Of a DNA stretch of 64,000 nucleotides, positions 13,541 to 26,678 are shown one piece after another. This stretch comes from Octopus vulgaris (taxonomy: Eukaryota): NCBI GenBank assembly GCA_951406725.2, contig OX597834.1, positions 21,514,001 through 21,578,000 on the forward strand. Reading direction: 5' to 3'. Numbering within the stretch: the first letter of the stretch is position 1; each line of letters starts with the position of its first letter. Both the position numbers and the translations under genes were made by a program. The notes under the pieces were generated by a model. That model did not search any database and was not told the DNA's origin. It saw nothing but the letters and a program-made list of their open reading frames with translations.

Positions 13541-15083
13541 ACGTATTAGTTATAAAGATTCAGTAGAATCTAGGCACACCAACATGTAGGACACAAGAAA
13601 TGGCTGGGTGTGATGACTCCAGTTTAACCTGTAGATCTGATTCTGGGGTCAATCCTTGATGTGGTCTAATTACAAGAAGAAAACATAAACAGGGTTTAAA
13701 ATTTACAAATCATTGTTTAATGTTCACCTTCCATACTGGCATGGATGGGATGGTTTGACAAAAGCCGGCCAGGCAGAAACCGGCACCAGATTTCTGTAAC
13801 TGCTTTGGCAGGATGTTTACAGCTAGATGCCCTTCCTAACACCAACCACTCAGCAGAGTGGACTTGGTGCTTTTTACCTGGCACAAACACAGGTGAGGTC
13901 AGTTTTGGCAAGGTTTTTACAGCTGGATGCCTTTCCAAATGCCAACCACTTTACAGTGTGGACTGGGTGATATATATATATATGTATGTATATATATATG
14001 TGTGTATGTATATATGTATGTATATGGGGTGTTGCATCTCAAAGAGCTAGATCTCACAAAATAGATAAGACATTTCATCTTAATTGATGAAACATTGTGC
14101 CAAAGAAGACCCAGCCAACCCACATAGTCATGTTGGCGAAATGGCTGTAAATAAAAAGACAACAACAACAACAACAAAAACTGATGACTGATGATGATGA
14201 TGATGACGATGATGATGACCATGAAACTGATGATGACAACAACGACAATGACGCTGATGATTCCTCTAATTAGATCTATTATATCTATTGATTGCATTTC
14301 AGAATAAATTTAATGGCTGAATGTTTTAAATATGAAAGACAGAATGAAAGGAAGAAAATTAAGAATTTTCCTTTGGAATGAAACATTTAACAGTTTTCAT
14401 TTCATAATCACGTTATTTACGAAGTCTTCTTAACTTCATCTTCTAGTTTCACCATCATCATCATCATCATCATCATCATTATTATTATTATTAATATTAT
14501 TATTATTATTATTTTGTCCAAAACAGACCTATGTCCTCTGATGTTTATTTTTAGCAGTTTTCGGAACAATTCTTGAATAGAACTTTTATTAGTATTCTTC
14601 AGAGTCTCTGTTTTACTTGCTTTCATTTTTTTGTTTTTTTTGTTGTTTTTTTTTCTTTGATAAAAAAAAGTTCTTAATTAAATTAAATCGAATGAAAATC
14701 ATGTATATTGATAAATACTAGAATTTTATTGAAGAATTCTGTTGAAAAATGAGGATTGGCTCAAGACGAATTTCGAAACAGGAAAAATCAAAACAGAAAA
14801 AAAAAAAAAATTATCAAAAAATATGTAAACAAATCAATAAATATGAGAGTTCAATGGTTTTAATTTGGAAGAGATTAACTTGAAATAAGCTCCAAAAATA
14901 TATTTTTGTATAAATTTATCACAAAATTAACTATTTCTTCTCATGCTTCAAATAAATTATGAACCTCTCTCTCTCTTTTTCTTCTCTCCTTCTCCTCCCT
15001 CTCTCTTCTTCTTTTCACTCTCTCCTCTCTTCTTCTTCTTCTTCTTCTCTCTCTCTTTCTCTCTCCATTTATATCTATATGTG

Positions 15084-15133
<50 letters not shown>

Positions 15134-15850
15134 ATATACATATAAACACATATACATATATATGATGTATAGCCATATATACATATATAAAGATGCATGT
15201 ATATATGTATGTATATGCACACACATATAAATATGCATATATATATATACGTAGGTATGTATGTATATGTATATATAGTTATAAAGATACAAATATAGAT
15301 ATGCATATATGTGTATGTGTGCATATATATATATATAAGTATATATAATAAAGATTTGGATAAACACATATGTATATATATATATATATATATATACACC
15401 CACACACTTAAATACATACATATATATATATATATATATGCACACATGTAGATATATGTGTGAGTGTATGTAGATGTGAAGATTCCTTTACCATGTCTGT
15501 TTATCTCTTTATTGTGTGTGTATGTGGAGTTCTATGTATGTGGTTGTTCATACATGTGTTGTTTGTTTATCATTTTTGGCTCTTCTTGTTTAGTTTTGTT
15601 TTTTGTTTGTTTCTCTTTCTTTTGTCTTTTTTGGTTCACATTTCTTCATTTTGTTCTTTGTTTTATAATTCTCCAGTTTCGTAAGAGGTTCTTTAATAAA
15701 TTCTTTGATAGCGAAAACATTAAATACCAAAACCCGATTCCAGCTCCAACGCCTCCACCCCACCCCCATTCCTCACCCTCAACCCACACCCCGCCCAAGA
15801 AAACAAAGAATAGAATAGCCTCTTCATCTGCGAATCTTGAAGATAGCACG

Positions 15851-15908
15851 ATGATGATGATGCTACTGGTGCCGCCCTCCACTGTTAGACCTATCTCCCA
15901 GATAATAG
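15851..15908 (+). CDS. Candidate first coding micro-exon of the NAV gene (speculative)
   Basis: MMMMLLVPPSTVRPISQII plus 1 nt, then a weak donor G|GTTACA; phase 1 matches the candidate exon at 16102. Confidence 0.15.
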
Positions 15909-16101
15909 GTTACACACCTGAAATATTTGGTTCAATTCCAGTCATGTGATGTAATTCAACATATGTTTAACATTTGTGAAAATACTTGTTGTTATCTAGA
16001 CATAACCCCCCCCCCCCCGCCGCCTACCACCACTACCCTCTCCACATACACACACACAACATCATTTGCTCCTCTTCCTTTTCCCCTTTTCTCTCTTTCA
16101 G

Positions 16102-16157
16102 GTATTTTCCACCCCGCACATCGGCAATTTATTTTTACAATGATGATGACATGGCAG
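16102..16157 (+). CDS. Candidate upstream exon of the NAV gene ((G)IFHPAHRQFIFTMMMTWQ)
   Basis: Strong ~30-nt pyrimidine tract ending TTTCAG at 16101; donor CAG|GTTAAC is weak; ends in phase 0, in frame with IYTDW at 17997, and contains in-frame ATGs. Confidence 0.35.
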
Positions 16158-16351
16158 GTTAACGAAGATTATCATCATAATAATCTTAATAATGATTATT
16201 TTTGGGGGTTTCGTAGGATTTATGTGGACAATGGGTTACTACCTGTAACCCTAGGTACCCACAAGTTTTCAACAGTCTTTGAAGTGCTTAGACACCTCCT
16301 GATAATCCTTGCTGGCCCTTATTATTATTGTTGTTGTTTTTGTTTTCTACT

Positions 16352-16552
16352 CAGGGCACACGGCCCAAAATTTTTGGAGAAGGGGCTAGTCAATTAGATT
16401 GATCCCAGTACGCAACTGTTACTTAATTTATCGACCCCAAAAAGATGAAAGGCAAAGTTAACCTTGGTGGAATTTGAACTCAGAACATAGAGGCAGACGG
16501 AATACCGCTCAGGCATTTCACCCAACGTGCTAATGTTTCTGCCAACTCACCT
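16352..16552 (-). mobile_element. SINE family B copy
   Basis: Reverse complement of the family B consensus; head-to-head with the copy at 16640. Confidence 0.8.
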
Positions 16553-16639
16553 TATTACTATTATTATTATTATTATCTTCATCGTCATCATCATCATTAT
16601 AATTATTATTATTGTTAATATCATTATTATTATTATTAA

Positions 16640-16850
16640 GGTGATGCCCTGGCAGAATCATTAGCATGCTGGATGAAATGCTTAGCGGTATCTCGCAAAT
16701 TGCTACGTCCTGAGTTCAAATTCCCCTGAGGTCGACTTTGCCTTTCGTTTTTTCGGGGTCGATAAATTCAGTACCAGTGAAACACTGGGGTTGATGTAAT
16801 CGACTTGCCCCCTCCTCCAACATTTCAGACCTTGTACCTATTGTAGAAAA
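16640..16850 (+). mobile_element. SINE family B copy
   Basis: gaggtcgactttgcctttcgttttttcggggtcgataaattcagtaccag plus a (TTA)n tail. Confidence 0.8.
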
Positions 16851-16908
16851 GATGATTATTATTGTTATTATTATTAGTATTATTATGGAAAGCAGATGTT
16901 AAATAATG

Positions 16909-16949
<41 letters not shown>

Positions 16950-17112
16950 GATGATGATGATATGACTGCTTGTGTATCATCACTGTTATTATTCTTGTTT
17001 TAACCATTGTCATTTTTAATTACAACAAGAGAAGCAGAAAACCTTATATGGTTCTTCAATTTGCTTAAACATATTAAACGAATTTTCCCCATAAGTTGCA
17101 CATTACGGTCTT

Positions 17113-17380
17113 AAAAAAATATTTAAGAATATATATACATATATATATATGTGTGCAAGTGTATGTAAAGTGCTTGAGCCTCCTTCGAGATATATATATA
17201 TATACATGTGTGTGTGTATATCATCATCATCGTTTAACGTCCGTTCTCCATGCTAAACGTTGATGATGATGATGATGATATACACACACACATGTATATA
17301 TATATCTTGAAGGAGGCCCAAGCACTTTACATACACACGCACACATATATTTATATGTATATATATTCTTAAATATTTTT
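17113..17380. repeat. Fold-back inverted duplication (~120-bp arms)
   Basis: 17113-17231 mirrors 17262-17380, including the unique segments gtaaagtgcttgagcctccttcgaga / tcttgaaggaggcccaagcactttac. Confidence 0.9.
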
Positions 17381-17996
17381 ATATGCAATATATATATATA
17401 TCATCATCATCATCATCATTTAATATCCGCTTACCATGCTAACATGGATTGGACGATTTGACTGAGGTCTGGCGAACAAGACTCCAATCTGTTCTGGCAT
17501 ATATATATATATATATATATATGCATATGTTTATGTATATATATATATATATACAAAGATTGCTATTCACTACTAATGCTATTTCTCTCACTAATACCGA
17601 CATCACACAAATTGGCACCCATGCCAGTGGCACGTAAAAGCACCCTGGTGTCACACAAACTGTGCTGGTGGCACATAAAGGCACTCATTACTCTCAGAAT
17701 GGTTGGCATTAGGAAGAGCATCCAGCCGTAGAAAACCATGCCAAATCAAATTGGAGTCTGGTGCAGCCTCCCAGCATGCTAGCCCAGTCAAACCGTCCAA
17801 CCGATGCCAGCATGGACAATGGACATTAAATGATGATAATGATGATGATGATGATGATGATGATGAACTAATATGTAACTATATGTATATAAATTGATTT
17901 CCCATTAACAGCCAATTTTAAAATTTTATGCTGTGAAATATTGCTTGACCATTTGACCATTTCATCTTTTGACCCCGGTTTCATTTATTTTTTCAG

Positions 17997-18114
17997 ATCT
18001 ACACAGACTGGGCCAATCACTATTTAGAGAAAGCTCACAACAAGCGCTTCATTAGCGACCTACAGCAGGATGTCGGGGATGGTGTCCTTCTGGCTGATGT
18101 CATAGAAGCTGTCA
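17997..18114 (+). CDS. NAV: Internal exon of a neuron navigator (NAV2/NAV3/sickie/unc-53 family) gene, N-terminal part of the calponin-homology domain
   Basis: Acceptor tttattttttcAG, donor GTAAGT; 118 bp, phase 0 to phase 1. It encodes IYTDWANHYLEKAHNKRFISDLQQDVGDGVLLADVIEAV, closely resembling the NAV CH motif IYTDWANHYLAK...DLQQDV.DGVLLA (recalled, not searched). Confidence 0.93.
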
Positions 18115-18348
18115 GTAAGTAACACTCTTCACCTTATATTGAGAGAAAAAACAAATGAATAGAGAGGTCTGACAGGCTGCCTGTCAGTTTGTGCTAGTCA
18201 TGGTTGTGACCTCGTGTGTTTTCTGGGCCCTCCCCTCCATTTGAACTCTGCAAAATTGGAATAACGGAAGCCCATCTGAGAAATGACCCACATGAGGTGG
18301 AGTAGCTATTGCAACAGGTGTCACTGGCCATTCTCCATGGCAATGCCA

Positions 18349-18500
18349 ATGTGGTCTTGACCATGTGGTCTTGATCATGTAGTCTTCACCATGTGGTCTT
18401 GACCATGTAGTCTTGACCATGTGGTCTTGACCATGTGGTCTTGACCATGTGGTCTTGACCATGTGGTCTTGACCATGTGGTCTTGACCATGTGACTTGAC
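18349..18500. repeat. 14-bp minisatellite (GACCATGTGGTCTT) x ~10
   Basis: Directly visible, with a few variant units at the 5' end. Confidence 0.95.
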
Positions 18501-18749
18501 TGAACATGCCATGTATTTATGGGGTGTGAGGCCTGTTGCTCCCTCCCACTCTGTCTTCTGTTGCATGATACCCACCTTTTATTTCCCTTTTTTTTGTTTA
18601 TTTCTTTCCTTGTAATTGAATTGTGGAGAAAAAAAAATTATATTATTTAAATTATTTGCATAAACAAACAAACACAGCAAGGCTATGTCCAAAAGGGGGT
18701 ATGAGACGTTTTGGTGCCACCTCTTTTTGGCATCCGTCGCCTCAATGTT

Positions 18750-18796
<47 letters not shown>

Positions 18797-18874
18797 GTCT
18801 GTCAGCTTATTTCCCTTCATGAGTATGGAAGAGAAGGAAAAAGCTTATGTCAGTGGTGTTCAACCAAGAAATTC

Positions 18875-19190
18875 TAATGGCTCACTGGTTAGGGTATTCC
18901 ATTTACCATTGGAAGGTCATAAGTTCAATTCTAGGCAGCATGTTCTATCCTTGAGAAAGACTCTTTATTTCACTTTGCTCCACTCCACTCAGCTAGCAAA
19001 AGTGATTTAGTACCTGTAATTCAGAAGGGCTAGCCCTGTTACATTCTGTGTCATGCTGAACCTCCCTCAGAACTACTTTAAGGGTATGCATGTCTGTGGA
19101 GTACTCAGCCACTTGCATATTAATTTCATGAGCAGGTTGTTCCATTGATGGGATCAAGTAGAACCCTTAATTCTATAAGCAACAAGGTAC
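18875..19190 (+). mobile_element. tRNA-head SINE, family D-related
   Basis: tggctcactggttagggt...ttgctccactccactcagct...gtctgtggagtactcagccacttgca, shared with 44945-45325. Confidence 0.65.
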
Positions 19191-19729
19191 CAGCTAATGT
19201 CTCTCTCTGTCTCTCTTTCTCACTCTTTCTGATTTGCATATTTCTGCATACATGTGCATGCATGTGCATTTTCTCATGCATGACAGTCATATATGCACAA
19301 TATGGTGATCTCATATCAACAAAAGCAGAACATGACTTTGCAGGTGGGACCCCTGTTAGAATTTTCTCGAGATCGAGCAGCCCATCCTACTGAAACGGTC
19401 CTTGAATAAGGGTTGTTTAAGGATGTTGAACGAAACGCCCATGTTTCCAAAGGTGAATTATTCAAACCCCAAAGAATCCCTCTAAACACATGGCTATGAT
19501 GCTCCCCCACTACTTCTGCTCGTGATCAGTGATGCACATATCGTCAGCCACCAAGGGACATGCTCAACTCGTTAAAGTCAAACAACTGACAAGCAAATCT
19601 GTGGTATTGAGCAGAATATTTGCTGTACCAATAAGAAACAATGTACATAACACTTCCAATCAGTTAAGACCAGAAGCCATGAGAGTCAGTGCCTGGTATG
19701 CATCAGGGTAATATACTGCAACAGGGCAT

Positions 19730-20200
<471 letters not shown>

Positions 20201-21104
20201 AAGGATTTCCAAGCAATAAAACCAGATTAAAACCGAGTTTGTTCACCATGCTGGAAACAAATATAATATAAGGAAGGTTAAAAGTGATAACATTGAAAAT
20301 ACACCAAAGTGAATTTATCTTTCCGTTGATGTCATTAATTTTATCAATAAGTAAATATGTCACAATGATAAATGCTTATCGTCCCTTTTAGGTTGTAAGT
20401 GGGGAATTATCCAATAGGATCATTCGGAAAAATCAGCTTGGAAATGGAAATTCAGATAAAATATCGGAATTTAAGACTATTGGATTTATTAAGATCCATT
20501 TCATTGCATCATTTGATTTTATGTATATTATATAAATATATATATATAGATGTACACACAGACTCTCTTTTCATATGTGTGTGTAATTATATATATATAT
20601 ATACATATGTATATATATATATATGCATATACGTACATGTAAATTTGTGTGTGAGTGTGAGTGTGCATATATACATATACACACATACATATAGATGTGT
20701 GTGTGTATATATATATATGTGTGTGTGTGTGTTTGTATACATAAATACTTAGATATGTATATATGTTTATGTATACATACACATGTATATTTATATGTAT
20801 ATAAATATATGTGTGTATGCATATGTGTATATATGCATAGATAGATAGACAGATAGACAGACAGACAGACATAAAGGGGAGCTGGCTGAATCATTAGTGC
20901 GTTGGCAAAATCCCCCTTAAATATTTCTTCCAGCTCTTCACATTCTGAGTTCAAATTCCACCAAGGTCGACCATCCCATTCACCTCTCCAGGGTCAATAA
21001 ACTAAAGTACTTGTCACTTACTAGAATCAATTCCCTATAAACGAGTGACCTTCTGCCTAAATAGGTCACGCACATGTACACACATATATATTCTTTTAAG
21101 CTTT

Positions 21105-21482
21105 GATTTTGTTTCAGTCATTTTGACCATGGCCATGCTGGAGCACTGCCTTTAGTCGAACAAACCAACAAACCGACCCAAGAACTTATTCTTTGTAAGC
21201 CCAGTGCTTATTCCATCGGTCTCTTTTGCCAAACTGCTAAGTTACGGGGACATAAACACATCAGCCATCGGTTGCCAAACAATATTGGGCTGACAAACAC
21301 AGACACACAAACATAAACACGCGCACACACACACACACACACATATATATGACAGGCTTCTTTCAGTTTCCGTCTACCAAATCCACTCACAAGGCTTTGG
21401 TCAGCCAAGGCTATAGCAGAAGGCTATTGTGCCACGCAATGGGACTGAACCCGGAACCATGTGGTTGGGAAGCAATCTACTT
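21105..21482 (-). mobile_element. SINE family A copy (diverged)
   Basis: Reverse-complement match to family A with small deletions. Confidence 0.8.
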
Positions 21483-21495
21483 AAATATATATATC

Positions 21496-21629
<134 letters not shown>

Positions 21630-22916
21630 ACACACACAAGCACATGCACATACACACACATGTATGAATGGAAAGCTGATGTTTATTCTTCCAGCTGAAA
21701 TCGTTAATTACATTATAAATACATAAATTAATTAGTCCCCACTGCTTAATGAGAAAGTGAAACTGCTATCGCAGTCTCCAACTGCAGATAATCGACTGCT
21801 GTATATTGGCATGTGCGTACATGACATGTGGTATTCTGGCAACTGCAGTTTGTGTGGTAGTTGTGGTGTTGGTGGTGGTGGCGATGCTAGTAGTACTAGT
21901 TCTGGTAGTAAGAGCACCAGTTGCAGCAGCAGTGGTGGTGGTGGTGGTGGTGGTGGTAGTAGTAGTGACTGTAGTAGTGGTGGTGGTGGTGTGGTAGTAG
22001 TAGTAAGAGTAGTAGTAGTGGTGATGGTGGTGGTAATTAGTAGTAGTAGTTGTTGTAGTAGTAGTAGTAGTAGTAGTAGAGGTGGTGGTGATGGTGGTGA
22101 TAATTAGTAGTGGTAGTGGTGTTCGTAGTGGTGGTGGTAGTTGTAGTAGTAGTAGTAGTAGTAGTAGTTGTAGCAGTAGAGGCAGCAGCAGTATCTGTGA
22201 GGGGAATCCTGTCCCTACCACCACCACCACCACCGCCACTATAAAACCAACAGCCATCACTACTACTACCACCACTACAACCACGACAACAACAACAACC
22301 ACAACAACCGCAACCATTACAACATCAGTCACCACCACCACCACCCCTACCACTGTCTATCAATATGTATCAATCAATCTCTGATATTCCTTTGTGATTC
22401 TTTAACCAATTCTTCTTCTCTGGCGCCAGGAAATATGGTTTTACATCAGTTCTTGGAGCTTGAATTTCACTGGAAGCTGGTAAATTTCTAGAAGTGCAAC
22501 TACTGTCTTGTGGAGGCACATGGCTTAGTGGTTCAGGTGTTGCATTTGTGGGCTTAAGGTTGTGGTTTCAATCCCAGGACTGTACGATGCATTGTGTTTG
22601 TTGAGCAAAACACTTATTTTCATGTTGTTCCAGTTCACTCAGCTGGCAAAAATGAGTGATGGACTACAATGGACTGGTATCCCATCCAGGGAGATTATAT
22701 ATATAAACCACAGAATCCAGGTTATAGGCATTGTGAGCCTATGGCCCAAGAAGAGCCTTTGACAATTTTGATATATTTATTTTTTTCAGTCATTAGTCTG
22801 ATTAAGAATTCTAGCTGCTCAATTAATTAAATGAACTGCCTTAATCATTATATTTATGTTTATCTGGCTGAGTGCACCACAGATGTGTTGAATAAACTGC
22901 GGTATGGTATTTTCCC

Positions 22917-23760
22917 AAGATCTTTTCTGTTTGAACGGCAGTTATTTCTAATGGTGTCACATGAAATTGTCACCCATAATTATGATCCTAGTATCGATCT
23001 ATTGCATTTCAATCTGTTTTTAGAGTTAGGGTTAGGGATGGGGAGAAGGGTATGTTTTTTTCTTCACAAATGTAAATAAACCCAATCTGTTTCTTAAACG
23101 AGGGACATATTCATACAGCACAGAATGTTTTTTTTTACCTCAATAGACGTCATTGATTGGTTGAAATTGCAGAAATTGAAGAAAAAAAAACAACAAATAT
23201 CTTACAAACTATAGAATTTTCTCAATAAAGCCAAGAGAAAAAGATGTTTTATAAACACATTCTACCAGTATACGAAGTTTAAAAGTGTTTAGTTACTCTT
23301 ACTCTTTTACTCTTTTACTTGTTTCAGTCATTTGACTGCGGCCATGCTGGAGCACCGCCTTTAGTCGAGCAAATCGACCCAGAGATTATTCTTTGTAAGC
23401 CCAGTACTTATTCTATCGGTCTCTTTTGCCGAACCGCTAAGTGACGGGGACGTAAACACACCAGCATCGGTTGTCAAGCAATGCTAGAGGGACAAACACA
23501 GACACACAAACATATACACACACATACATATATATATATATATACATATATACGACAGGCTTCTTTCAGTTTCCGTCTACCAAATCCACTCACAAGACTT
23601 TGGTCGGCCCGAGGCTATAGCGGAAGACACTTGCCCAAGATGCCACGCAGTGGGACTGAACCCGGAACCATGTGGTTGGTTAGCAAGCTACTTACCACAC
23701 AGCCACTCCTGCGCCTATGGAAATTATTTTAAAAAAGTGCCGTTCAAACCGAAAAGATCC
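22917..23760. mobile_element. Non-autonomous TIR element with internal TTAGGG repeats, interrupted by SINE-A
   Basis: Ends gatcttttctgtttgaacggca / tgccgttcaaaccgaaaagatcc; body matches the units at 30069-31224. Confidence 0.8.
23294..23715 (-). mobile_element. SINE family A, full length, nested in the TIR element
   Basis: Complete reverse-complement copy from tail (tactctttt) to head (cctgcgcc). Confidence 0.9.
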
Positions 23761-24427
23761 TTTTCCCTTACATCACAGTCGCCCAGCTTCCAGCAGCAAA
23801 AGAAGCAACAAGGTTATTTCTGGCCTGTTACATATGTAACCACCTGACCCCTGTTGGCCAATGAGAATTAACCTCGACAGGTTTCTTACACACAATATCT
23901 GGTTTCATTCAGCAAAAATTGGTGGAACAAGCACATGTATATATTTGTACTTGTATATATAGGCGTTCATATCAAGGTGTGCCTGTTTGTACATGTCCTT
24001 ATCTACATGTGGGGAAAGTGTGTTTAATGGTAGGATTATTCAACAGACGCTTTACAGATGCATACACAAACATACACACACACACACACACACAGAGCTT
24101 TTGAAACAAGAAACTTCTATGTACATTTATATACACATGTATGTATGTATGTAGGTAAGTTTGTGTGTATGTATGTATCTAGGCAAGTATGTATGTATGT
24201 ATGTATACACATGCACACACATTTGTTCTTCACCATGGAACAATTACAAAACAATTTGAGTTTCGTGTTCCTACTTATCAAACTCTCTCCTTCTCCCTCC
24301 CTCCCACTCTCTCTCTCTCTCTCTCTCTTCCATACACACACACACACACATATAGATATATATGTGTGTGTGTAGAGAGAGAGAGGCTGAGAGGGATGGA
24401 GAAAGATATATATATATATATATATAT

Positions 24428-24429
<2 letters not shown>

Positions 24430-24495
<66 letters not shown>

Positions 24496-24520
24496 GTAGA
24501 TAGATATATAGATAGATAGG

Positions 24521-24552
<32 letters not shown>

Positions 24553-24923
24553 TAGATGGATAGAGTTATTCAGACAAAGAATTACAATTAATTTCTCTAT
24601 TAATATGTATACACACACACACACACACACACACAAATATGCACACAACATTTGACAGAAAAAGACAAAAAGAGATAAATATAGCAATTCTATATTTCTT
24701 TGTTTCAGAATTGTGTGTGTGTGTGTGTGTGTGTGTGTTTCCTACTTTATCCGCCCCCGCCCCTCTCCATCTCTCCCTCTCTCTCTCTCCCTCTTTCTCT
24801 CCAATTTCTAGTTATTTCCAGTCACATCATTCTTTGTTCTTCTGGTGAACTACATTTCTCACCTTGCCCTGTCTTTGCATCTGTCTACCTATACACACAC
24901 TCACACACACACACACACACACA

Positions 24924-24968
<45 letters not shown>

Positions 24969-24975
24969 ACACACA

Positions 24976-25012
<37 letters not shown>

Positions 25013-25085
25013 ACACACACACACACACACACAGACTCACACACACACTCACACACACATACACTCTCACACACACTCACACACA

Positions 25086-25122
<37 letters not shown>

Positions 25123-25182
25123 ACACTCACACACACACTCACAAACACCCCCCACACACACACACACGCACACACACACACA
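24430..25182. repeat. (GATA)n/(GACA)n and long (CA)n microsatellites
   Basis: Directly visible at 24430-24555 and 24893-25182. Confidence 0.9.
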
Positions 25183-25394
25183 CTTGTATGTATGTATTGT
25201 GATAGAAGAGGAAGAAGAAAATCCCCCCCCCCTTTTCACCTGTTCCTTCATTTCTTTGGATATTAAATTCATTGTTCCACCTGTGGTTTCTTTCTATCTT
25301 TCTCGCCCACCTCCTTTCTTCTTTCCTTCTCCCCCGCCTCACCCATCTCTCTCTCTCCCACGCCCCCCCCCCCACCTCCACTCAACACTCATCT

Positions 25395-26000
25395 TTTATT
25401 CTTTTGTACTTTTACTTGTTTCAGTCATTTGACTGCGGCCATGCTGGAGCACCGCCTTTAGTCGAGCAAATCAACCCCAGAACTTAATGTTTTGTAAGCC
25501 CAGTACTTATTCTATCGGTCTCTTTTGTCAAACTGCTAAGTTACGAGGACGTAAACATATCAACATCGGTTGTCAAGTGATGTTGGGAGGAGAAACACAG
25601 ACACACAAAGATATAGACACACATACATATATTTATTAATTTTATAAATCACATTATTACTAAGGTGACAAGCTGGCGGAGTCGTTAAATTGCTGGGCAA
25701 AATGTTTAGCAGCATTTTGTTCTTCTTTACATTCTGAGATTTGCTCGACTAAGTGCGGTGCTCCAGCATGGCCTCAGTCAAAATGACTGAAACAAGTAAA
25801 AGTATAAAAGAATAAAAGAAGATGAGTGTTGAGTGTGGGGGGCGAGGGAGAGAGAGTTTCCGTCTACCAAATCCACTCACAAGGCTTTAGTTGGCCCAAG
25901 GCTATAGCAGAAGACACTTGCCCAAGGTGCCACGCAGCGAGGCTGAACCCAGAACCATATGGTTAGTAAGCAAGCTACTTACTACATGGCCACTCCTGTG
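25395..26000 (-). mobile_element. SINE family A copy rearranged by an internal insertion and inverted duplication
   Basis: Tail half 25395-25630, head half 25857-26000; between them a family B fragment and an inverted copy of 25349-25472. Confidence 0.8.
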
Positions 26001-26454
26001 CATTTCTATCTATCTATCTATTTATGATGATATTTGGTCAATAACTGATGAGAGAGCACCTCTTCTGTATATGCAGTGTGAATGTTTTTTTTTTCTTTTC
26101 TGTATTCCTGTTATTTCCTTTGTTGTCCTATTGTGCCACATTTCCATTGTGTGTGTGTGTGTGTTATATCAAGTAGTGAGAATCTAAAGGACGCTGGTAA
26201 TTAGCTCATGTATTTGGCTAACAGGATACTCAGATTAATTTTACTTGTGAACTGTTCAAAAGGTCTGAGGATATGGCCTGGTTATGTAATCATGTAATGT
26301 AATACGTTAATGAGCAGTTACATAGCCAAGCTATGGAAACATATGTAACATAATTTTAACACCTCTATTCTATTCATATCCTTTTATTATATACAGCCAC
26401 ACACAAACATATTTACATACATACATACACACCTACATGCATACACACACAAAT

Positions 26455-26490
<36 letters not shown>

Positions 26491-26604
26491 ATGTATGTAT
26501 ATGTACATTAAAATTTTCCCCAAATCTGAAAGTTAAATAGAAGTCCAAGCATTAGTAAACTGCTTATTCTTTGTTTAATCTTTGTCACAGAATGTGTGTG
26601 TGTG

Positions 26605-26678
<74 letters not shown>

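Noticed and set aside
18349-18500. Regular short repeats as a possible CRISPR array
   Set aside because: No unique spacers, and the context is eukaryotic.
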